Positions 13,170-25,827 of a stretch of 64,000 nucleotides of DNA are shown piece after piece (positions within the stretch are counted from its first letter, which is position 1; every line of letters starts with the position of its first letter). Origin of the DNA: Octopus sinensis (lineage: Eukaryota); assembly GCF_006345805.1 (NCBI RefSeq), contig NC_043012.1, positions 58,032,001 to 58,096,000 of the forward strand, written 5' to 3'. Below the pieces are notes generated by a model. That model saw only the letters and a program-made list of their open reading frames with translations, was not told where the DNA came from and did no database searches. The position numbers and the translations under genes were made by a program.

Positions 13170-14120
13170 GCAGTGGGATGCAGTTATTTTTTTCATACCC
13201 ATTCCCAGGGGTAGTTAAGTCGATTACATCGATTCCACTGTTAAACTGATACTTTTTTATCGATCCCGAAAGGAAGACAGGTGAAGTCGACTTCATCGAA
13301 ATTTGAACTCGAAACATTAACACGTACGAAATATCGCTAACCATTTTGCCCGACGTGCTAACGGTTTTGCCAGCTCGGCGCCAAAAATTAATCCTTTCTA
13401 TTATAGGGTCAAGGCCTAGACTATTATGGGGAAAGGGACAGTTGTTCACATCGACTGCAGTACTCAACTGGTACTTAATTCATCGACCCTGAAAGGATGA
13501 AAGACAAAGTTGACCTCGGCGGAACTTGAACTCAGAACGTAGTGGCAGACGAAATACTGCTAAGCACTTCGCCGGCGTGCTAACAATTCTGCCAGCTTAA
13601 CGCCAATAATTAATAACAACAACAAATAAAGTGCTGAAATGTTGGGGTAGAGGGCAAGTCGATTATCACAACTCCTAGAACTCATCCACCCCGAATTGGA
13701 AAAAAGAGGAAATTGACTTTGCTGAATTTGAACTCAGAACCTATTGGACAAGAAAAAATGCTAACTAATCTGCCAGCTCGCCGCCTTTTCTTTTCTACTC
13801 AAGGCACGAGGCCCAACATTTTGGGGGCGGGGGCTAGCCGATTAGATTGACTCCAGTACGCAGCTGGTACTTAATTTATCGATCCCGAAAGGATGAAAAG
13901 TAAAGTCGACCTTGGAGGAATTTGAACTCCGCCTGGCGAGCTAAAGATTATGTCAGCTCGCCGCCTTTTCTAAAATAGTGATAATAGCCCTTTCTACTTT
14001 TGATACGTTGCCTAAATTTTCTTTCGATAGGGAAGGTTGGGGACCTAGTTAATTCCACCGAACTTAGTGCTAAACTCGTATTTATCTCATCGACCCCGAA
14101 AGGATGAAGGGCAAAGCAGA
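13170..14120 (-). mobile_element. Cluster of about 5 co-oriented SINE family B copies
   Basis: ATCGACCCCGAAAGGATGAAAG..AAAGTCGACC..GAATTTGAACTC repeated at ~13260, 13490, 13690, 13880 and 14090. Confidence 0.85.
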
Positions 14121-14199
14121 TGGACCGGTGTCCCGCCCAGAGAGGAATACACGCACACACTCATGCACACACACACACACACACAAAGACAGGTATATA

Positions 14200-14394
14200 C
14201 AGGGTTGGTCACAAGTCACCCTACAGTAAATCAAAAGTCCATAAATATGCAATCTGTAATTCTGTATTGACTCAGATGGAAAAATGTGTCGCTCAAGGAC
14301 TTCAGTTTCAAAAATTTTCATGATGTTTCATATTTAGATGGTTATATTAAAACCCTTCAGTTGTAAACATGAATAAATCTTGAAATTAAATGGC
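14200..14394 (+). mobile_element. Possible Tc1/mariner left end (TA-CAGGGTTGGTCACAAGTCACC)
   Basis: TA followed by a CAGGG start typical of Tc1/mariner TIRs. No matching right end found. Confidence 0.3.
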
Positions 14395-14428
14395 CAACGT
14401 ATGGTAGGCAACCGCTTCCTCGACGAAT

Positions 14429-15032
14429 AAACACCTTGAAACCTAGGTCCGTGTGTGGCTTCCGCTTCATCGGGGAATTATCTCCCTTTGCAGGATAGAG
14501 GACGCCGTGATGGTGTCAAGCCTATCTGGCGACGTTGATGTTCGCCTGGGGCTAAATGCAACAGTAACACCCCCACCACCCTGCCCTGTCCCTAGCCATA
14601 TTCAGATGGCTTTAGTCCCTTATGTTATGGAGCAGTTACTGTCTATATCTCATTTAGAGAATTATTATTGCTGTCGAACAGATTTTCGAAATCAGCAAAT
14701 GTATTTTGCTTGAAAATCTATATATAAATATCCTGCAGAGTGAGTTATTCGTCGAGGAAGCGGTTGCCTACCATACGTTGATAATAGGCAAACACCTTGA
14801 AACCTAGGTCCGTGTGTGGTTTCCGCTTCATCGGGGAATTATCTCCCTTTGCAGGATAGAGGACGCCGTGATGGTGTCAAGCCTATCTGGCGACGTTGAT
14901 GTTCGCCTGGGGCTAAATGCAACAGTAACACCCCCACCACCCTGCCCTGTCCCTAGCCATATTCAGATGGCTTTAGTCCCTTATGTTATGGAGCAGTTAC
15001 TGTCTATATCTCATTTAGAGAATTATTATTGC
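14429..15032. repeat. 243-bp direct duplication with a 36-bp inverted repeat
   Basis: 14429-14671 matches 14790-15032 except for one C/T. 14395-14430 is the exact reverse complement of 14745-14780. Confidence 0.95.
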
Positions 15033-15096
15033 ATTATATATATATATATATATATATATACATACACATACACATACATACAACTTCACTTTGTTT

Positions 15097-15148
<52 letters not shown>

Positions 15149-15184
15149 TCAGAGAATCCGTCGAATTAAATGATTTTGATTTAC

Positions 15185-15385
15185 TGTCAGGTGAGAAAAT
15201 AGATCGCTAGCCACTACACATTCTATTTTCTCTCCTTTTTTCATACTCTGTTCTTTTCTGTGGAAGAGCGTAGACTCGAAACGTTAAAGAATTTTTCACT
15301 TCCCGAGCGTTATACTAATACATCTGTTTGTTGTCTACACCACCTGTCTTCGTCTTTTGTTTTTTTTTTGTGAATTCTCCATATG
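15185..15385 (+). mobile_element. Penelope-like terminal fragment with a degenerate minimal hammerhead
   Basis: TCTTTT-CTGTGGA-A-GAGCGTAGACTC-GAAAC-GTT-AAAGA at 15252-15290, between (TA)n tracts. Confidence 0.5.
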
Positions 15386-15389
15386 TATA

Positions 15390-15422
<33 letters not shown>

Positions 15423-17149
15423 AGTCTTTTCTTTTTAAGAAGATAAAAAACTAAGGCTATGCTCTAATATCTACACAGCCTTGGTTTTCTATCTTACAAC
15501 GCAAAACATTCTTATATACACATGCTGACATAGAACCAACGTTGAACTATTTATTCGTTCGCAATATTACCGAATTTGGAACTTAACTATGGTCTGCCTA
15601 TAGCACTTATTCAGCATTACCTGACACCTTTGGGTCTCAACGACACCATCATATATATATATATATATATATATACACGTTAGATAATCAGTGGAGCTTA
15701 CTTTATGAGTCGATAGTCCGGGAAAAGCATTGATCCTTTTGAGATATTCATACGCAATCGACCCTTTCTTCTTATTGGTTTTGTCTGTAAGGGGTGTTTT
15801 GCAAAATGGGTTTTACATCAAAATTATTACAGTATTACCATTTTTCTCGAAAGTAAACACAATGTAATATTTTATGCTGCATACACACATTACACTTCAC
15901 CAGCAAGATACCGCATTACGCTACATCACAAGAGAACCTGTCAGCACTTTATGACTGAGTATTCGGGTGATTGCATAATTTAACAGAAATAGCAACCGAA
16001 TCTCCCTCAAATCATGTCATACCATTTTCTAAAAGTAAAACAAAAAAGAATCAGACTCTGCGTAATGCAGATTTTCCTTCTTTTCTTCCTTCCACCATCA
16101 GATGGTCTAGCTACCACCTGGTGAGTTCTTTGACAAGTGCAATGCACTTGTTAAGGAATTTTCATCGAGGAATACAAAAGTAGTTTCCTGTTGTGTTCCT
16201 TTGGGTGATTTTTTTTGTTTTTTCTTTTTACAAGTCATCAACTTGATGGGTTTTGCGCCAATTTGTTAAAGAATGAAAGAAAGCCGGGGAAAAAAGAGAA
16301 AAAAAAAGAAGGAATGAAGAAGGAAACAATGAAAGTAAATCAAAAGAAGGATGGAGGAAAGAGAAAGAGAGAAATAAGGGAAGAAAGAGGAGAAGGAAGG
16401 TGGGAAAGAAGGAAAAGAAGGAAGGCAACAAAGAAATAATGAAAAACTGACGTAAGAAAGAGAACAAAGAAAGAATAAAGGAAGGAAGAGAATAGAAGAA
16501 AGAAAGGGAGAAAGAGTGAGAAAAAAAGAAAGAAAAGAGAGAAAGAATTACTGAAAGAAAGGAAGAAAAGAAAAGAAGAGAGAAAGAAAGAAAGGACGCG
16601 CGTAATTTGAACTGGATGCGAAAAATAACTTAAAAGGATTTTCCTTCCTTCCTTCCTTCCTTCCTTCCTTCCTTCTTTCCCTCTTTACCCCTCTCTTCCT
16701 TCCTTACACGCTCTCTCTCCCCCTCTCTTCCTCTATTTCTCTCTCAACAGTATCTTGGAATAAGGTACGTTACGTTATGAGATGTGTTAAGGAGAACCCC
16801 GGTCATGCTCCCTCTCTCCAGACGTGAAGAAAATGTTGAGCGAGGAACTAAAGAACCGCTTTTCATGGACAAAACAAAAGAAAAACGGTTAGACATGAAC
16901 TCTGGAACTGTGCAAGAGCAAGCCATCATTGTTGTAGAAGTGCTAGCAACAAATTACGGCAGAAGAAATCAAGGATCCCTGATGGAGCCGTCCCACGATC
17001 CAAGTAAATTTTAGCAGCGTCGTTCCACTCGTTTAATTCTATATTTTACCATTATCTTAGTCAATGGACAGCGGTCATGTTGGAGCAGCACATTGTAAGG
17101 TTTAAGCAATACGAAAACCTCACCAGTAATCCTTGTTGATTTTCTGGTT

Positions 17150-17154
17150 GTTAT

Positions 17155-17209
<55 letters not shown>

Positions 17210-17211
17210 GT

Positions 17212-17296
<85 letters not shown>
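17150..17296. repeat. Compound (TAC)n/(TAT)n microsatellite
   Basis: Direct reading. Confidence 0.95.
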
Positions 17297-17298
<2 letters not shown>

Positions 17299-17319
17299 GA
17301 TAGTGCGCTAGCAGAATCT

Positions 17320-17510
17320 TTACACGCCGAGCAAAATGCGTAGCGGCATTTCGTCCGTATTTACGTTCTGAGTTCAAATTCTGCCGTGTTCGATTTTGCC
17401 TTCTGTTATTTCGGGGTCGATAAATTAAGTACCAGCTGAGTCCTGAGGTTGGTGTAATGCACAAGTCCCCGTCCCCAAAATGTCACGACTTGCGACTTTA
17501 GTAGAAAGGA
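17320..17510 (+). mobile_element. SINE family B with the alternative 3' tail
   Basis: TACGTTCTGAGTTCAAATTCTGCC..TCGGGGTCGATAAATTAAGTACCAG..TTAGTAGAAAGGATT. Confidence 0.75.
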
Positions 17511-17781
17511 TTATCATCATCATCATCATCATCATTATTATTATTATTATTATTATTATTTTGAGAATACGATTTAACGTACGAGAGACTTCGCTACTGT
17601 TTCTGCCTGGTCAAGTAACTACGTAGAGGCTCCATTCTTGTCTCTTGTTAGTAATATATTTATTGCATTTAAGACATTTTATAGGCAAATAAATTCCTAC
17701 CTATGAATTCATTCTTTCTTCATAATCTTAAGAATTCTCTGTGTATCTATCGCTTTCTTAAACTCTGTTTATCTCACTCAA

Positions 17782-17813
<32 letters not shown>

Positions 17814-18077
17814 GCCAGCAATTGATAATGTATTGGACTTTGTGCTGCCTTTACAATTTCATCGTTCATATCACAATAACCTCGCAATAATTGGTAACAT
17901 CATGGCCGTATCGTTCAAGAATTTGACTTCGACAATCACATGATGTTTGATCCAACTGTGCGGAAATCTTGCTCAAGCATCTTGTAGCATAAACGTGAGA
18001 TTGGATTGTAAATTAAAATAATTGGTAGACTGAAAATGTATGGAACTAACCTGTCACACGTACACACAGATGTGCGT

Positions 18078-18121
<44 letters not shown>

Positions 18122-18311
18122 GTGTATTGACAGCATACATTCAACTGGAGAGGAAAAGCGATTCGGTCTCTCTGCAAGAAATCCAAAGTTTTGAAGAGGT
18201 ATGTTAATTTGCATATAAAAATAATCACACACACATACATACAAATATAGTGTGTGTGTGTGTAATATATATATAACCATATATATATGTATATATTTAT
18301 GTGTGTATATA

Positions 18312-18366
<55 letters not shown>

Positions 18367-18375
18367 TATATATAC

Positions 18376-18785
18376 ATAGGCGTAAGAGTGGCTGTGTTGT
18401 AAGTAGCTTGCTTAAGAACCACATGGTTCAGGGTACAGTCCACTGCGTGGCACCTTGGGCAAGTGTTTTCTCGGGCCCACCAAAGTCTTGTGAGTGGATT
18501 TGGTAGACGGAAACTGATAGAAGCCCGTCGTATATATGTATATTATATATATGTGTATGTGTGTGTATATGTTTGTGTCTGTGTTTGTCCCCCTCCCAAA
18601 CATCGCTTGATAACCGATGCTGGTGTGTTTACGTCCCCGTAACATGGCGGTTCAGCAAAATAGACCGATAGAATAAGTATTTGGCTTCCAAAAATTAAGT
18701 CCTGAGATCGATTTGCTCGATTAAAGGCGGTGCACCATCATGGCCACAGTCAAATGACTGAAACAAGTAAAAGAGTAAAAGAGTA
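18376..18785 (+). mobile_element. Full-length SINE family A
   Basis: Head, (TA/TG)n linker and 3' module ending GAAACAAGTAAAAGAGTAAAAGAGTA. Confidence 0.9.
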
Positions 18786-18839
18786 TATATATGTATATAT
18801 ATATATATATTTAGAGAGAGAGAGAGAGTGAGAGAGTGA

Positions 18840-18877
<38 letters not shown>

Positions 18878-19297
18878 GATAAATAGATAATTATATAGAA
18901 TAAAATTATGATTAAGGGCACAGAAGCCTTTGTACCTGTATGCCAGATAAAAGACGCCAAATACGTCCAAACATTACAATATTCACTTCAATATACACAG
19001 GTTGAAAGCGGGAAAAGTGGACAAACCAAAAATTTACAAAATAATTCGGATAATCCTAGATAGATCAATTTCTGGATAAGTATAATAACTCTGTTGAATA
19101 TACCGAGCTTAATAAATGAAGATATGTATTCATACCTATAGAAAATTCACTCGCATAAATGCGAGTACAGATAAATATCAATAAATATATACGAATCGAA
19201 TTTCGTAGTCCATGTGTGTATTTGGTCAGAATAGTACAGAAGTAAATAAAATGTCTGGAAGTGAATGAGATAGATATAAACATAATTAAAGAATATA

Positions 19298-19650
19298 GTG
19301 GCTGTGTGGTAAGTAGCTTGCTAATCAACCACATGGTTCCGGGTTCAGTCCCACTGCGTGGCATCTTGGGCAAGTGTCTTCTGCTATAGCCTCGGGCCGA
19401 CCAATGCCTTGTGAGTGGATTTGGTAGACGGAAACTGAAAGAAGCCCGTCGTATATATGTATATATATATGTGTGTGTATGTGTTTGTGTGTCTGTGTTT
19501 GTCCCCCTAGCATTGCTTGAAAACCGATGCTGGTGTGTTTACGTCCCCGTCACTTAGCGGTTCGGCAAAAGAGACCGATAGAGTAAGTACTGGCGGTGCT
19601 CCAGCATGGCCGCAGTCAAATGACTGAAACAAGTAAAAGAGTAAAAGAGA
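19298..19650 (+). mobile_element. SINE family A with an internal deletion in the 3' module
   Basis: Homology to 18376-18785. Confidence 0.85.
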
Positions 19651-19687
19651 TTAAAAAATTAATGAATTATATCAGTGGTCAGCGTAT

Positions 19688-20000
19688 AACTAATCCTTTT
19701 AGGGAAAATTCACATATAGATGGATATATATGAATAGGCCAGATATAGTTGTCAGAGATCAACAAGAAAAAAATTGCTTTGTAGTCGATGTATCAATACA
19801 ACATATGTCAAAAAACAATTGCTTTCTAATCGATGTAGCAATATCGACAGATGTAAAAGAGACGGAGAAACTTTCAGAATACAAAGATTTGGAAATAGAG
19901 GTAATTCGAATGTGAAGCCGAATAACAGAAACAATTCCTATCATAGTGGGCACATTAGGTACGATAAAAAATAATCCAGAAAACTACATAACAAAAACAG
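19688..20000 (+). pseudogene. Restriction-like endonuclease (RLE) domain fragment of an R4/NeSL-type non-LTR retrotransposon
   Basis: NRPDIVVRD..CFLIDVAIS..KETEKLSEYKDLEIEVIRM*..IPIIVGTLG matches the PD-(D/E)xK RLE signature RPD-D-EK-KY-L-P-G-LG. Confidence 0.8.
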
Positions 20001-20166
20001 TAGGACTAACGAATATATGAACGTGTAGTGCAATGTATAGATTCATAGAATTCTGTGGCAGTCACAATCAGCTCTTTTTGTGGACACCCAGCTGTTATTC
20101 TACATAGTAATCCAATACGGAATACTGTAATGTAGTGTCTGATGCACCTGAAATCGAGGAGATCCA

Positions 20167-20594
20167 GGATCTTTTCGGTTTGAACGGCAGTTTTTTCTAG
20201 CGGTGTCATATGAAATTGTCACCAATGATTATGACCCTATTATCGATCTATTGCATTTCAATCCGTTTTAGGGTTAGGGTTAGTTAGGGTTAGGGTTAGG
20301 GTTAGGGGTATCTTTTTTTCTTCAGAAATGTAAATAAACCCAATCTGTTTCTTAAACGAGGGACATATTCATACAGCACATAATGTTTTCACCTCAATAG
20401 ACGCCATTGTTTGGTTGAAATTGCAGAAATTGAAGAAAAACAACACCAAATATCTTACAAACCATAGAATTTTCTCAATAAAGCCAAGACAAAAAGATGT
20501 TTTAGAAACACATTCTACCAGTATACGAAGTTTAAAAGTGTTTAGTTACGTGGAAATTATATTAGAAAAACTGCCGTTCAATCCGAAAAGATCC
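20167..20594. mobile_element. Non-autonomous DNA transposon (MITE) with internal TTAGGG repeats, Merlin-like
   Basis: 29-bp TIR GGATCTTTTCGG(T/A)TTGAACGGCAGTTTTT with 1 mismatch. Perfect 8-bp TSD GAGATCCA (20159-20166 and 20595-20602). (TTAGGG)n at ~20278-20316. Confidence 0.85.
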
Positions 20595-20759
20595 GAGATC
20601 CAATCTATGGTATGATCTCATGCGGAGTAAATAGATCAAGAAGCTTCAGGAGGTATAAGAGATGAATATAGTTCTTTAAACATTTAATATTTGAAGAATT
20701 ACGGCAGTTTGGCAGCCTTCATCATTAATAATCTCAGTGTATTTTTTTTATAATCTTTT

Positions 20760-21130
20760 ATTCTTTCATTCTTTTATTCGTTTCAGTCATTTGACTGTGA
20801 CAATGCTAGAGCGTTGCATTAAAGACTTTTTAGTCGAAGAGATCGAGTGCATGGCTTATTCTTTGTAAGCCTAGTACTGATTCTATCGGTCTGTTTTGCC
20901 GCACTTATTCTTTGTAAGCCTAGTACTGATTCTACCGGTCTGTTTTGCCGCATCGATTGTTATTAAGCCATGGTCCGGGGGGCAAACACACACACGCACA
21001 CACACACATACACACACATACATATGACGGGCTTCTTCCAATTTCCGTCTAACAAATCCACTTACAAGGCTTCGGTCGCCTCGAGGCTATAGTAAAAGAC
21101 ACTTACTGAACCCGGAAGCATATGTTTGGG
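20760..21130 (-). mobile_element. Degenerate SINE family A with an internal 49-bp tandem duplication
   Basis: 20855-20903 is repeated at 20904-20952 with 1 mismatch. Confidence 0.75.
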
Positions 21131-21446
21131 AAGCAAGCACCTTAACACACAATAATATGCACCAATATACATACCATACATTGCACAATACAACCATACA
21201 TTTATAAATCAATGCGGATATAGATGGATAGCGTTGAAGCATTTGACTCACTGTGATTTTCTGCTGATCTGAAGATTCTAGAATCCGGAGCCTCGAATAT
21301 GAATATAAATACTTCATATTTGAGGCTCCGATGAAAATATAAGGTGTTACTCAGGCATTGAACTATTATCCCACTGCTTCTTATAGCAGAAACCACTGTA
21401 AGCTAATGTAGTTTACATGATAATCTTTTTTTTCCCTTTTTATTTG

Positions 21447-21835
21447 TTTCAGCGAAATGCTTAGTGGTATTTCGTCTGCCGCTACGTTCTGAGTTCAAAT
21501 TCCGTCGAGGTCGACTTTGCCTTTCATCCTTTCGGGGTGTCGATTAAATAAGTACCAGTTACGCACTGAGGTCGATGTAACCGACTTAATCCGTTTGTTT
21601 GTCCTTGTTTGTCCACTCTATGTTTAGCCCACTTGTGGGTAGTAAAGAAATAGGTATTTTGTCTGCCGTTACGTTCTGAGTTCAAATTCTGCCAAGGTCG
21701 ACTTTGCCTTTCCTTGTTTCGGAGTCGATTAACTAAGTACCAGTTATGCACTGATGTAACCGTCTTAATCCCTTTGTCTGCCCTTGTCTGTCCCCTCTAT
21801 GTTTATTGTGTGGGTAATAAAAATATAAATAATAA
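21447..21835 (+). mobile_element. Tandem SINE family B dimer
   Basis: Tail AGTAAAGAAATA joins directly to the internal motif GGTATTTTGTCTGCCG at 21653. Confidence 0.9.
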
Positions 21836-22526
21836 AGCATATTACTCTACCTCCAGTATTGGAGTACAATGTTTCTCACCTTATTTCAATTTATATGTTT
21901 ACTCTGCTATATATATATATATATATATATATATCTATATATGTGTGTATATATGTACACAGGCACACGAACAGATGTATATACATATACATACCTACAC
22001 ACACACATACACATATATACATGTATTTAAATATGTCACTCTATGTCATGTTAGCAACTCCTTTTCAATCTCTGATCGTGGCTTAGCATAATCTTGCCCG
22101 TCTACATGACCGCGCTACGCGAGAATATACAATTCCATTATTACATTGACACTTTAAACCACGGCAAGAATTTATATGTATCGCAAAAGCGATAAATTTA
22201 CTTACATATGCAAAGAAGGCGAAAGTCTTTTTCAATAGTATAGTCTATGTATACGATACACAAACCTTTTCTATTGCTGCAGTCCCTGCAGCTGCTATTT
22301 AGCCTTACCTGACCTAGAATAAAGATCTTTCCAGTATATTTCAATAATCATATAGGTTTTCTTTATGTGATAGACAACACAGTGTATCTAGGTCTATATA
22401 ATCCAAACAGTTTTTCCCTTTTTTTTTTGTATGACGTCTATTATTTAAGGGAGATTTTTTAGCAGATCGTGCAATCGCATAGATGGTTCCGTTACTTCGA
22501 TTCTATGCGCGAGAATGATGATGATG

Positions 22527-22527
<1 letters not shown>

Positions 22528-22587
<60 letters not shown>

Positions 22588-22602
22588 TTATAATAATAAT
22601 AA
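22528..22602. repeat. (AAT)n microsatellite
   Basis: Direct reading. Confidence 0.95.
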
Positions 22603-22795
22603 ACGACCTGACTTCAATGTAAATACGTGGCTGGATATGATTACAAAAACCCAAAGGACATGGCGTCGGTGAATGTTTGCGGTCCAGTAACTCTAACAAA
22701 TAAAAGAAAACAATTTAAAAGAATATATATAATATAAGGTAATATATAATATGATATAAAATGATATTGGGTATTGTATACATATATAAACCAAA

Positions 22796-22826
<31 letters not shown>

Positions 22827-22964
22827 CTATATATATATATATATATTATATATTTATATATATATATATATGATATGATATGTGTGTGCGAGCGCATGTG
22901 TGAATGTATGGATAGTATATATGTGTGTGTGTGTGTATGTGTGTGTGTATTATGTATGTTGTTT

Positions 22965-23260
22965 GTTTCTTCTCGAGCTACGCCTGGCTCATAGGGCCGG
23001 TTTTCCGGTTTCCTTGGCGTATAGGTTCCCCACCTAGCCGGGACGCCGGTCCGTCGCAGGTGAGCTACAAGATGCAGGAGGAAAGTGTGAGCGAAATTTG
23101 TGGCGAAAGTGTCAGCAGAAGTTAGCCATTACCTTCTGTCGGAGTCGCGTGGAGCTTAGGCGTTTCTCTCATAAACACGCATATCACCCGGTCTGATATT
23201 CGAACCCGCGGTCCCTCGACGGCGAGTCCGCTGCTTAACCACTAGCCCATTTGCCTCTTC
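22965..23260 (-). mobile_element. SINE family C head with an alternative tail
   Basis: Homologous to 1810-2110. Confidence 0.8.
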
Positions 23261-23289
23261 GTATTACGTATGTATATGTTTAAAATTTT

Positions 23290-23490
23290 GACACGAGGCT
23301 AGTAATTTGGGGAAAAGGGGCGAGTCGATTACATCGACCCCAGTTTTCAACTGGTACTTGTTTATTGACCCCGAAGGGATGAAAGGCAAAGTCGACATGG
23401 GCGGAACTTGAAATCAGAACGTAAAGACGGACGAAATGCCGCTGATGATTTTGACCCGTCAGCTCACGATTCTGCGAGTCCGCTGACTTA
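23290..23490 (-). mobile_element. SINE family B
   Basis: GTCGATTACATCGACCCCAG..CCCCGAAGGGATGAAAGGCAAAGTCGAC. Confidence 0.8.
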
Positions 23491-24159
23491 ATACACGTCT
23501 ATATATATTATATATACAAAGTAGGGGCGAATTATTAGAGTCGTTATAGCTTTACGCCTTACCCTTTAGAGATTTCCGATAGAAGGATTCGCACTCCTTC
23601 TTCCAACTCATCGGACTTTGCGTTCAAATCTCTTTGAGATCAAATTTCTCTTTCGGTGGAGTCGATGAGTACGTAAAAATGCAAGACTTGATTGGTGCTA
23701 TTTCTTCCGGCTCATAGCATTCTGAGATTAAGTGTGACTGACACACGTCGTACCTAGCGTAGCATCACCACCCGGAACCGTGTTTCCCTTTAATTGAGAC
23801 CATGAGGTTGCAAGCATTCGGATCAGGTTTCTCACTTTAAGGTAGCTTCCTCTCTCTTCAACAGTCTCGATGTGAGGCCCTGATGTATATATATATATAT
23901 ATACATAGACATGAAAAAAAGTCAAGATAGAAAATGCTAAAATAATTTTATAAAAAACATTTCAGTACCGGTTTCAGTCATTGAGACTTTTTCAACTGTA
24001 AGTATGGAAAACAAATTTTGGAAAAATTTAAAGAAAAGTTTTTTTAAAGGAATATTTGCATGGTGTTCAAATACAAGCGGCATTTTCCTTGTTTCTGCCT
24101 GTCTCTGTCTCTCTTGATTACTCTTGTGGGTTCGAGGTTGTTGTGAATTCTTGGATAAC

Positions 24160-24247
24160 GAAGAAGAAGAAGAAGAAGAAGAAGAAGAAGAAGAAGAAGA
24201 AGAGAGGAAAAAGAAGGGGAAGAAAAAGAAGGAGAAAAAGAAGAAGA
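24160..24247. repeat. (AAG)n and purine-rich simple repeat
   Basis: Direct reading. Confidence 0.9.
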
Positions 24248-25660
24248 ATGTGGGAGTGCCATGACAGTAGTATGTCAAATGGTCAACTGCCCGCTGTGGA
24301 TGTAGTAGTAATTGCTGAATTCCTGAAATATCTCTTTTGAATGTTTTGTTTATAAAAAATGCGTAGGTGTTATTCTAAGCAGGTGTTATTCTTATATATA
24401 TATAAGTTCTTAGAGTCTGCAGTATTGTGGAAACGGCTGGGACTTAATGAGTGTAAAGATTTTCGGTTTTGATCTCATATTAGATCGTGACTAGTTCCTT
24501 GAGGTTGCACAGTAATAACAACAATAACAATATCAATTCCAAATATATCGCTTCTGATCACTAATTTATTCTGATTTATTTTTTTGTGTCTTTGTCGAGA
24601 AGATGGACGCTGCCCAAAAACCTTTCCAGCAGTCTCGAGACCGGTGATTTGGACGGAGGTAAGACGATATCCTCAACCTGTGGCATGGTCAAAGTGGATC
24701 TGCGACACATCTAACTTGGTGAAACGCACCAAAGAAGTCAACCACACAATCAACAATACAATTAAGCCACGTGTGATTTGGACTCAGACCGCAATGATCT
24801 GGAAGAGACAGTGGAAGCCGTTCTATCAGAAGCTCTAAGTATTTCACTAGTCCAGATTCCTTACGTGGTAATTTATTTATCAATCCCAAATAGATGAAAT
24901 TCTTAGTTCATCTTGGTATAATGAGAACACAAGAACCGGAATAAGAAATAACACTAAGAATTTCGTCCGTTGCTCTAATGACTTTGTTAATTCGCCTCTT
25001 ATGTTGAAAACAAAATCAAAGGACTTATAGTCGATTTGGATATGATAAAGAAATGGCGTTTTTACATAAGAACAAAACTGGGTTTATAGTCTTTAGATGT
25101 TACATCTGTCGCTAAACCATTAGTGTGATACCTGTCACGCAATTCTTAGTATTTAATCACAAACCAACGAGAGAAAATTTATTCGAGTTTTGATTGCGAG
25201 AAATAACACCCATATCTTCATGAACACAAAAGTATAATGATAAGGAAACCGTAGACATATAGGACGTGACATTAGTTGGCACGTTGAGGGTCCATCTATC
25301 GTCATCTGTCACCTATGCTCATAATGTATACACAGCACAGAATTTAAGTTTCATATTTAATGATTGGAGTATAAGACGAACCCATTTTTGGAGGGAGACA
25401 TTTTTATTGTTAGTAAGTTATTTTATATACGCCAGCATATACAGTATCCCAGCAGATAACCAATTGTGTTATATTTAGTTCGTTGTCCATTTCTTTCTAT
25501 TTCTGGATCAACGACTCACCATCTTTTGTTCTCACAACTTGCTAGAAATAGCAGATAATTCTCCCTCAGTTCACAGCTACATTCTTCAAAATGAAGCAAA
25601 ACAAGGCATAAGAGAAAGAAGAGAGAGAAAGCCTGATTTTAATATATATATGTATATATA

Positions 25661-25698
<38 letters not shown>

Positions 25699-25767
25699 TG
25701 TATATATATATATATATACATACATACAAACAATATATATATATATGTATGTAATACATATATATAT

Positions 25768-25827
<60 letters not shown>

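Noticed and set aside
13170-14120. Regularly spaced repeats resembling a CRISPR array
   Set aside because: This is eukaryotic DNA; the repeats are ~200-bp diverged SINE copies with no cas genes.
20270-20316. (TTAGGG)n as a telomere or chromosome-fusion scar
   Set aside because: It is short and lies inside a TIR/TSD-bounded MITE.
24590-24840. Possible RTE ORF2 C-terminal remnant
   Set aside because: Only vague motif similarity with many disruptions; not supportable without a search.
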